The notes under the pieces: model-generated | What the model was told of the DNA's origin: nothing | The model's database searches: none | What the model saw: only the letters and a program-made list of their open reading frames with translations | Position numbers and translations under genes: made by a program | Sequence record: NC_042056.1 | DNA length: 64,000 nucleotides | Strand: one strand, 5' to 3' | Shown: piece by piece, positions 18,233 to 25,645 of the stretch | Layout of the letters: every line of letters begins with the position of its first letter | How positions within the stretch are numbered: position 1 is the stretch's first letter

Positions 18233-18442
18233 TTATCGGTTACCCGCGCCGTAACTGCACCCACCACTGCACGACCAGCTACAGCTACCGTTGCAGTTAT
18301 AATGCGAGAGTGGAAGCCCAGCAAGGTTGTTGGTCGAACTGACCGTGCCGCGTGTGGCGATATAGTTATTGGCCTGTGCGGTCGTGATGTAGCCTTCGAC
18401 GTTCTGCACCCGATCGCGAATGTTTTTCAATGAGATTGCCAT
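18233..18442 (-). CDS. CXXX-repeat peptide 1 (short, 4 Cys)
   Basis: Leader MAISLKNIRDRVQNVE; core CNGSCSWSCSGGCS; GAGGA SD. Confidence 0.8.
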   Translation of the reverse strand: MAISLKNIRDRVQNVEGYITTAQANNYIATRGTVSSTNNLAGLPLSHYNCNGSCSWSCSGGCSYGAGNR

Positions 18443-18463
18443 AGGTCCTCACTCGATAGAGTT

Positions 18464-18856
18464 CTATCGACTGCCTGAACAGCCAGAGCATCCCGTACAA
18501 CTTGAACTACAGGAACCGGAACAGTTACCGGAGCATGTACCCGAACAACCGGAGCACCCACCCGAACACGAACCAGAACATCCTGAGCACCCACTGGTAC
18601 ACCCAGCAGTACAGCTCGACGAACATGAGGAACCGCAGCCCCCTGATGCCGAACCGGAACAGCCACCTGAACAGCTAGAGCAACCCCAGCTACAGGTTCC
18701 GCCGCAATCGTAATGAATACGTCCTTGGCCGCCGAATAAGTCGACGTTATTGGTTGCCTTATTACGGATGTAGGTTTGTACCCCACCTTCCGTTTTTAAG
18801 GAGTTCGCTTCGATCACAGCAATGCGATCCGCGATGTTTCGTAAGTTGATAGCCAT
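18464..18856 (-). CDS. CXXX-repeat peptide 2 (20 Cys)
   Basis: Leader MAINLRNIADRI; Cys/Ser/Gly CXXX/CXX core; GGGAG SD. Confidence 0.85.
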   Translation of the reverse strand: MAINLRNIADRIAVIEANSLKTEGGVQTYIRNKATNNVDLFGGQGRIHYDCGGTCSWGCSSCSGGCSGSASGGCGSSCSSSCTAGCTSGCSGCSGSCSGGCSGCSGTCSGNCSGSCSSSCTGCSGCSGSR

Positions 18857-18865
18857 TGTTTCTCC

Positions 18866-19255
18866 CTACTGTGGACCAGAGCAACCAGAGCAACCGGTGC
18901 AGCTGGAAGAACACGACCCGGCGCAACCACCGCCACACTTACCACTGCACGAAGACGCACAGGTACCTGAGCAACCTGAACAACCCGAACACCCACCGCC
19001 GCAGTTAGAAGAACAGCTACCCACGCACGTAGAAGTACAGGTTCCTGCGCAGCTGGTACAGCTTGCAGAACACCCGTTAGAACACGACCAGCTACAACTG
19101 CCGCCACAATCCAGACGGGAGGGAGACCACCCACTGAACGAGTCCGCAGCGTTGTAAGCTTTCGATGCAACCTGCCCGTCTACACGAGCCCCGGTAGCAT
19201 AGTTTGCTTCCACATTGTTAACGCGGTCGCGTATGTTTTTCATTGAAATCGCCAT
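18866..19255 (-). CDS. CXXX-repeat peptide 3 (21 Cys)
   Basis: Leader MAISMKNIRDRVNNVE; CXXX/CXX core; AAGGA SD. Confidence 0.85.
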   Translation of the reverse strand: MAISMKNIRDRVNNVEANYATGARVDGQVASKAYNAADSFSGWSPSRLDCGGSCSWSCSNGCSASCTSCAGTCTSTCVGSCSSNCGGGCSGCSGCSGTCASSCSGKCGGGCAGSCSSSCTGCSGCSGPQ

Positions 19256-19271
19256 ACGTTTCCTTTGTCAA

Positions 19272-19310
19272 TAAAAAAATGAGGACGCTGCCATAATGAC
19301 AGCACCTCAT
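19272..19310 (-). terminator. Imperfect terminator/attenuator between the tail gene and the peptide operon
   Basis: Minus strand ATGAGG-T-GCTGTC-ATTAT-GGCAGC-GT-CCTCAT followed by a T-run. Confidence 0.55.
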
Positions 19311-19320
19311 GTAATAAGTG

Positions 19321-20526
19321 TTATCGTGAACCCGCTTCGGCTTGTACGTCGTCGCGAGAAGTCAGGCTGCTGTTGACGTGTACTGCCGCCTGAACCACAC
19401 CGCCGTACTGCTTGTGGAGATAGTTCGGGTGTGGGTTATCTGCGTTAACGTGGTTCTGGAGATTCTGCGACAGGGTGTTAATGGAGTTCTGCAATCCAGC
19501 AACTTGCTGTTTCAGTGCATTCAGCTGACCAGAGAGATCCTGAATCTGCTGCTGCGTATCGGAACCGGCGGATTCCAAATCACTGATGCGCTGCTTGAGC
19601 CCATTGATGACTTGGTTCTGGTCATTGATCATCTTCTGGAGTTGTAACACCAGAGAGTTCAGGTCGGCCTGTTGTAACGCCGCCTTTTGGTAGTTCAATG
19701 CCACCGAATTCAGTTGGTCATTCCACGAACCGAGTGCACTGACCACCGCATCGATACGCGCACCGAGTGCTGTGTCCGCTGCTTTCAAATTACCGATGTC
19801 AGCGAGGACAGCGTTAATGGCAGTCTGAACCGTTTGAATCAGCGCGCGAATTTCGGTTTCAGTGAGACCGTTCGCCTGATGAATATCCAGTGCGTGAACA
19901 TTACCTTTGGCATCGATGTGCGATTGTAGCGCCGCCATCATCTGGGTTTGCATGTCAGACATGGCTGCCAGAATCTGCTGGAGCTGAACTTCGTTACCGG
20001 AGTTAATCGCATCGGTCATCAACGCGAGTTGCGTAATGATGTATTCGAAACCAAACAGGTCGCCGAGGTCTTTAAAGGCCGGAGCCGCTGCAAAGGTATC
20101 CGGGACATTACGCAGGTCAGCGAAGTCAACTTTGCGGTCTTCAAGGTTGGCATCAGCCAACGCCTGTTTAATCGCAGAGATAACCGCCGACTGTGGGCCA
20201 CCGACAACCTGTGCAAGACAGACGATATCGGTTGGGATAGCCGGGTTAGTGACGACCACACCCATACAGATTTCGCGGTTCTTAGCAAGCTTCATGTACG
20301 CCGGATGGATGTAAATCAGCTCGTAGTCGGTACCGCGTTTATAAATGGTGTTGGGTTGATTGGCAGGCCGCATACGGAACGTATCCGCAAAGAACGGCCC
20401 TGCTGGGAAAGCGAACGCACGGTTGACCTTCCCCCCACCTAACACAACCGGGACATTGACCGCGTTACTGGACGCAGCCCCTGTCAGGTCAAGTGGGTAT
20501 TGAAATAGAATATCTGGCATGGCCAA
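19321..20526 (-). CDS. Virion/tail-fibre-like protein with long coiled coil
   Basis: N-domain YPLD..GPFF..GTDYEL shared with the three upstream paralogs; heptad-rich middle; NPHPNYL fibre-like end. Confidence 0.7.
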   Translation of the reverse strand: MAMPDILFQYPLDLTGAASSNAVNVPVVLGGGKVNRAFAFPAGPFFADTFRMRPANQPNTIYKRGTDYELIYIHPAYMKLAKNREICMGVVVTNPAIPTDIVCLAQVVGGPQSAVISAIKQALADANLEDRKVDFADLRNVPDTFAAAPAFKDLGDLFGFEYIITQLALMTDAINSGNEVQLQQILAAMSDMQTQMMAALQSHIDAKGNVHALDIHQANGLTETEIRALIQTVQTAINAVLADIGNLKAADTALGARIDAVVSALGSWNDQLNSVALNYQKAALQQADLNSLVLQLQKMINDQNQVINGLKQRISDLESAGSDTQQQIQDLSGQLNALKQQVAGLQNSINTLSQNLQNHVNADNPHPNYLHKQYGGVVQAAVHVNSSLTSRDDVQAEAGSR

Positions 20527-20567
20527 ACTCCCTTAGTGAGACGTCCTTGTCTCGACGTGTTAGATGG

Positions 20568-23500
20568 TTACGGCAACTTAGGCATAAGATTGACCGTCAG
20601 TTTTGACGGGGTGACCGTTCCGCCGTAATAGTTGACCCCGTTGCCGATGTACAACGCGTTGTCGGCAATAAGCATGGGTATCGGTTGGCGGAAGATGACA
20701 TCTCCATGAACAATCGGGAAATAATCATCGATGGAAACACCTGCTGGCATGGCGACTTTATAAACATCAAGCACACCACCAGTGATACGCCCCGCCGCAC
20801 CCTGTACGTTCGTTATGGCACGAATGGCCACAGTAGCAGCATCGGAGATATAGAACACCGTCGCTGTGCCGTTATCCACGTTGGAGACACTGAACGCAGC
20901 GAACGCGGTGGTCTGACCCCCGTTGATACCATTAAACACGAATGTGTTTTTGACCCCCACCTCGGCAGCAAGTGTGACCTCAGCCAGTGCAGAAGAAAAC
21001 GTTGCAGAAACATCGAGGTTGGCGTTGGTACATCCAATGGTGCCGGAGCCCAAAGAGTAACCACTCTTCAATTTGATTTTCACCGTCGGGGTCGACGGGG
21101 TAATCTCCACAATCATTTTCCACGCAATCGAGATGACAGCCGACATCCCCGGAATACCCACCAAATACGCATTGTCTACATCAGAAGCCTGACCAAAGTT
21201 GGCACCCTTCATCGTGAACTTCTTGTAGTCTTTAGGCAAGGTAGCGACCGGCGCATCCCGCAGCAACTCGATAGGAACCTTGTGGCTTTGAGACGCGAAG
21301 ACCGGGCCAATCTGCGACATATCCAGATACCCATCACCGGTAGCCGCCGGAGCAGAAAGGGGTTGCTTACGCAATAGCCCCAGTCGCGAAAGCCGCGCTT
21401 CACTGTCCACATTCACATCGTGGCTGTAGACCGTGGCGGTATGCTCCGCCAACTGTTTCAACTCGCCCAAGCGTTTCACTTTTGTGAACTCAGACGACAA
21501 GATACGCTGACTGTCGGTGACTACCGTCCCGATAAACAACCGGGTATCCGTATCGGGCATTTTCTGCGTCAAAAGCTGGTATTCCGGTTTGCCGTTCACC
21601 ACCGCCGCGTGCATGTAGAACGTACGGTTTTGGTACGCACCGGGGAACAACGTCTTGAGGTTCTGGTTATACGCATCCAACGTGTAATAGTCGGAACCAA
21701 ACCGTAAGCTCTCAGACTCGGTGATGTACAGCTCCCACCCTTCTGCGGTTTTTACCCCAGCAACGATTGCAACATTCCCCGCAGGGGTGTAGTTTGTCAC
21801 CCCTGCCGCAACAAAGTCGTTCGGTGGTGCGCTTGGGCCTGCGAAATAAGACGGTGAAATCACCTGCCCGTTTGACCGCAGCATTCGCTCCCCAACAAAC
21901 GAAAGGATGGTAGCATAGTTGTAAAACGTGCTGCCGTGCACCCCCGCCTTCGTCGCCGTCAGCTTACCTCCGTTCAAACTGAAAATCAGCTCAAGGTGGT
22001 ACGCCGCGGATGACCCCACGACCTGCCGAATCATGAAGTTCGGCAAGTGCATGATGCCCGTACCGTCACCTTTCTCGTAGAAGATTGGTTGGCCCATTCT
22101 GCTGCTGTGCCCAGAATAGTTGGTATTCTGAATGAGTTGCAGGTTGCTGTACGTCGCGATGTTGGTGTATACAACGTCAGCTGTGGTCGTGACCAGCTGA
22201 ACAACCCCGTTCACGACGCTCGGGTAGATTTGGAACGTAACATTCCCTAACCGCTTATTGCCGTTATAGAGTGCGTAGTACGACATTTGTGCAATCCAAA
22301 TCGGATTGGCATCAAGGGGTCGAATCGCCCACACGGAAAAGAGGAGGTTAATCGGGTTGGCAATGCTGTCCGCCACCTCACCTGCCGGTGCTGCCGCTTT
22401 TAAGGCCGCCGTTATCTTGTTCCATGTGTCGGAGGACAACGTAAGGGTATCGGCTTTTGGTACCGCACCCACGGCCTGGTACCGCTTCACACCGGGACCG
22501 TTCCAATACGCGCCGTTTAACTTACCCGACTGGAGCGTGGATGTCGCACACCACGTCATGTCTGCCAAAGCGTAGTAATCGTCAACCGAGAAATTGCGGC
22601 GCACGTTACTCGGCCCTGCGCCCAAGTACGCGGGACCGTATGTTGTGTTTGGGTCTACCTCGACATACACCGCGCTGTTGGCGTTGGCGGGACTAAACAG
22701 ATACGCATTATTGCCCAGATACACCGGATGGGATTGACCGACAGAATACACCGAGCCAATACCGCCCGTGAACTGCCAGTTCGCCAGAGAGGTGTAACCG
22801 CTTTTGTGGTCTCCTGCGATAAAGTCGTAGAAGTCCGCGTCCATTGTCGAGTGTGCTAACCCGTTGGGGAGGGTGTCCTGAGACTGATCGTAAATAGACC
22901 ATGCACGTTGGCCAACCCCTTGGAACACCCGCATGCGGTTATCAGCATTGCCGTACGGGAACCGAACTTTCCAGCCTGCCTCTTTGAGCTTTGTCCCAGT
23001 GGCAAGATACACATCGTCCGCATCGATTTTGAATGGGAAGATATCTGCATTATCCAGCGAGACCGTCAACGTATCCATGTCAATCTGGAACGAAGTCGCC
23101 CAAGTGAAACGGCCATACGCGTCATCAGGGCTCAACAATAACAGGGTGCTCAAAATACCTACCCTGGTCATGTTCTCGCGCTGCGCTACCGCATACGTCG
23201 CGATGTTGTGTGCGATGTTGCGCAGGTTACCCCAGCGTACTTTACCGGCCTCGGTCACATAGGTGGTGCCCTGTGTCGCAGGGTCGGTCGCATCAGTGTC
23301 TGTGTTAGCGCGCAGCAACACTGAGATACCGTTGACGCTGTTCCCCCCCTTGAGAGCAGCAGGGGTGTAAACCATCTTGTCCCCACTGACTGACCCTACT
23401 AACGCATAGACACTGTACTGGGTATTGGTCAATTCCAGATGAAGAATGTAGACCTTCCCTTTATACACAATGGTTTGTTCGCGTGTCTGATCGCCGAGAT

Positions 23501-25559
23501 AGCCACTGACCGTGCCGTTCGCGTCGAACGAGGCAGGGAATTCACTCCGATACACCTGTTTGTGTTTGGTGTAGTTCAGCGTTCCTTCCAGCATGACTGT
23601 GTAGAAATATCCGTCGCTGCCTAAACAGACAAGTGCCGCATCGCCTGACGCAACCAGTGTGAGTAGCCGGACACCGGGATACTTACTCATTCCCGCTGGG
23701 TGGTATGGGAACGACGTCTGCTGCTCCCCTGCAATTGACCCATTGTTGTTTACACGGGCATAGCCGTAGTAAATGCGATCAGTGTTCGGCAATCCGTCGT
23801 TTGCATTGCGTAACAGGTAAACGATGTCCCCTTCCTGCTTGACTGCCCCCAACCCTTTCCAGCTCAGCTGTTTCGCAAAACCGGCAAAGTTCCCCACCGT
23901 TGGAATAGGCAGGAACCCACTGTTACCGTACGAGGCACCCCCAGTCGTCCACGACGGCAACAGACCGTCCAACACGTCTTTGTACGTATTAAGGCGCTGT
24001 TGTACGTTATAGCCCTGCTTTGACGTCACCACTTTGTTCGTGGTGGTATCAATCGCATCCCACAGTTGCAACAGACCTGCGTCCGTATCAGACGCCGTTG
24101 GTACGCCCGTCAGGTCGGCAAACGTGTGCGTGTGGTTTGCCAGAGCCTTATTTGCCAACACCGCACGAATGGCGTTGGTCAACGGTTTCTCAGCAGGCGC
24201 GGTGTTGTTGATGTTACCCACACCTAAATCGGCGGTCGTTAAGGTAAGGGACTGTTTCGTACCGTCATCAATGAACTTCTTCCCGTTAATGGTGTACGTG
24301 TTGTCCACGTAATCATCCAGCGTCTTTTTCAGGACGTTAACAGCATACTGCGAAATCGCGGTACCCGAAGAAATATTTGCAGACAGGTTGGTGATAGCAA
24401 ACAGCCCCGGCACTTTGTCAGTTGCCGTGGGCAGTTGCGCGTTCATGGTCAGTGGAGAAGACTGCTTCGCTGTACCGAATACCTTGATGGTGTCGGTTGG
24501 AGAAAAGTAAGCGTTCCCCGGTAAGAGTTTTACTTCGGACAGGTACAACGAGACCATGTCCGGTGTGACCAGATATGCACCGTTAAAGATGGGTGCCACT
24601 GCGCCGTTGAGCACATAAGCCGTGTTCAGCCCCGAGCCCAACTCAACCCCCACACCCCGTTCGTTACTGTCTGCATCAGCAGTGATGTTGATAGCACGGG
24701 TGGTGGTAATAAGGAACTTATCGCCTTGCAGGGTGATAACATGGCTCGAGTCGGCGGTACGGAATGTCAACGCACCGTTATTCAGCACCTTGAGGCGACC
24801 ACGCAGTTCACCAAGCACCACAGGCATCAGGGTATCGATGTGAGCTTGCTGAATGCCGTTTGCTTTCATGATAGCGACTAACTCATCCAGCGTTTTACCG
24901 AATGCCTTCGTCGAGTCTACCGCTTTGGTCAGTACCTTTAACGCCCCAATCTCATCCGCAGTGTATTGGTGTGCGTTTTTGATACGATGGTGGCTGTACA
25001 TGTTGTCGTCGAAAATCTTTTTACCGTTGGCAAAAATCAAATCGGTGACCTCGGCGTACGCCACATCCATATCGCCTGCCCGCTTAATCAAACCTTGACG
25101 GATATCATCCAGCGCTTTCACGACTTCATCGCGGAGCAGGGCTTCATCTAAGTTGGCAGGTGGGTCAATTGCAGGAACCACTGGTGCATAACGCATCAGT
25201 TCAGACCAGTCGGTGTTACGCGGGTCTTTGATGTCCTCTTTCACCAAGAACTTGCCAATCTCGGTCTGTGGTACGCGGTATTCGCGACCAATCGAATAGA
25301 TCGTGTAGTCAACAGAGGTGTCTCCGTTAATCAACATAATCCCGCCGTAGATTTGGTCTTTCATTGCGACAGCGGCTTCTTTATAATAGTAGCCGAGGTA
25401 GTAATCCAGACCCTCAATGAGCTTCACGCCTGCGCTGTTTTTCAGCTCAAGCCCGGTACGGAAGAACGGCCCCTCAGGAGGGATGACCACATTGTATTTG
25501 TTCGGATATGTGGTCGTCAGTAGCGTACCGGTAAATTTGGCTACGTTCGTGCTCGCCAT
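20568..25559 (-). CDS. Large tail-fibre-like virion protein (1663 aa)
   Basis: Shared GPFF/DY N-domain, DLGVGNINNT..KP and HTH/AT..G..L fibre motifs, long Gly/Thr/Asn-rich beta-type C-terminus. Confidence 0.7.
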   Translation of the reverse strand: MASTNVAKFTGTLLTTTYPNKYNVVIPPEGPFFRTGLELKNSAGVKLIEGLDYYLGYYYKEAAVAMKDQIYGGIMLINGDTSVDYTIYSIGREYRVPQTEIGKFLVKEDIKDPRNTDWSELMRYAPVVPAIDPPANLDEALLRDEVVKALDDIRQGLIKRAGDMDVAYAEVTDLIFANGKKIFDDNMYSHHRIKNAHQYTADEIGALKVLTKAVDSTKAFGKTLDELVAIMKANGIQQAHIDTLMPVVLGELRGRLKVLNNGALTFRTADSSHVITLQGDKFLITTTRAINITADADSNERGVGVELGSGLNTAYVLNGAVAPIFNGAYLVTPDMVSLYLSEVKLLPGNAYFSPTDTIKVFGTAKQSSPLTMNAQLPTATDKVPGLFAITNLSANISSGTAISQYAVNVLKKTLDDYVDNTYTINGKKFIDDGTKQSLTLTTADLGVGNINNTAPAEKPLTNAIRAVLANKALANHTHTFADLTGVPTASDTDAGLLQLWDAIDTTTNKVVTSKQGYNVQQRLNTYKDVLDGLLPSWTTGGASYGNSGFLPIPTVGNFAGFAKQLSWKGLGAVKQEGDIVYLLRNANDGLPNTDRIYYGYARVNNNGSIAGEQQTSFPYHPAGMSKYPGVRLLTLVASGDAALVCLGSDGYFYTVMLEGTLNYTKHKQVYRSEFPASFDANGTVSGYLGDQTREQTIVYKGKVYILHLELTNTQYSVYALVGSVSGDKMVYTPAALKGGNSVNGISVLLRANTDTDATDPATQGTTYVTEAGKVRWGNLRNIAHNIATYAVAQRENMTRVGILSTLLLLSPDDAYGRFTWATSFQIDMDTLTVSLDNADIFPFKIDADDVYLATGTKLKEAGWKVRFPYGNADNRMRVFQGVGQRAWSIYDQSQDTLPNGLAHSTMDADFYDFIAGDHKSGYTSLANWQFTGGIGSVYSVGQSHPVYLGNNAYLFSPANANSAVYVEVDPNTTYGPAYLGAGPSNVRRNFSVDDYYALADMTWCATSTLQSGKLNGAYWNGPGVKRYQAVGAVPKADTLTLSSDTWNKITAALKAAAPAGEVADSIANPINLLFSVWAIRPLDANPIWIAQMSYYALYNGNKRLGNVTFQIYPSVVNGVVQLVTTTADVVYTNIATYSNLQLIQNTNYSGHSSRMGQPIFYEKGDGTGIMHLPNFMIRQVVGSSAAYHLELIFSLNGGKLTATKAGVHGSTFYNYATILSFVGERMLRSNGQVISPSYFAGPSAPPNDFVAAGVTNYTPAGNVAIVAGVKTAEGWELYITESESLRFGSDYYTLDAYNQNLKTLFPGAYQNRTFYMHAAVVNGKPEYQLLTQKMPDTDTRLFIGTVVTDSQRILSSEFTKVKRLGELKQLAEHTATVYSHDVNVDSEARLSRLGLLRKQPLSAPAATGDGYLDMSQIGPVFASQSHKVPIELLRDAPVATLPKDYKKFTMKGANFGQASDVDNAYLVGIPGMSAVISIAWKMIVEITPSTPTVKIKLKSGYSLGSGTIGCTNANLDVSATFSSALAEVTLAAEVGVKNTFVFNGINGGQTTAFAAFSVSNVDNGTATVFYISDAATVAIRAITNVQGAAGRITGGVLDVYKVAMPAGVSIDDYFPIVHGDVIFRQPIPMLIADNALYIGNGVNYYGGTVTPSKLTVNLMPKLP

Positions 25560-25583
25560 GAAAAAACACTCCTACGTATTGAT

Positions 25584-25635
25584 AAAAGGTTACCGCCCTC
25601 TCGGGCGGTAGCTTGCGGGTATCACGCCCGCAAGC
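25584..25635 (-). terminator. Tandem hairpins / terminator
   Basis: GCTTGCGGG..CCCGCAAGC directly adjacent to TACCGCCC-TCTC-GGGCGGTA; short T-run on the minus strand. Confidence 0.55.
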
Positions 25636-25645
25636 GTGTACCCCT

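Noticed and set aside
18449-18466. Possible stop-codon readthrough fusing peptide 2 to peptide 1
   Set aside because: An in-frame TGA follows the TAG four codons later (18449-18451), so no fusion is possible without a frameshift, for which there is no evidence.
18420-19170. Alternative-frame and antisense ORFs over the Cys-rich peptides (PEQ-rich plus-strand and Val/Ala-rich minus-strand ORFs)
   Set aside because: They are shadows of the repetitive Cys/Ser/Gly codons. Only the Cys-rich frame has SD sites, conserved leaders and synonymous-only divergence.
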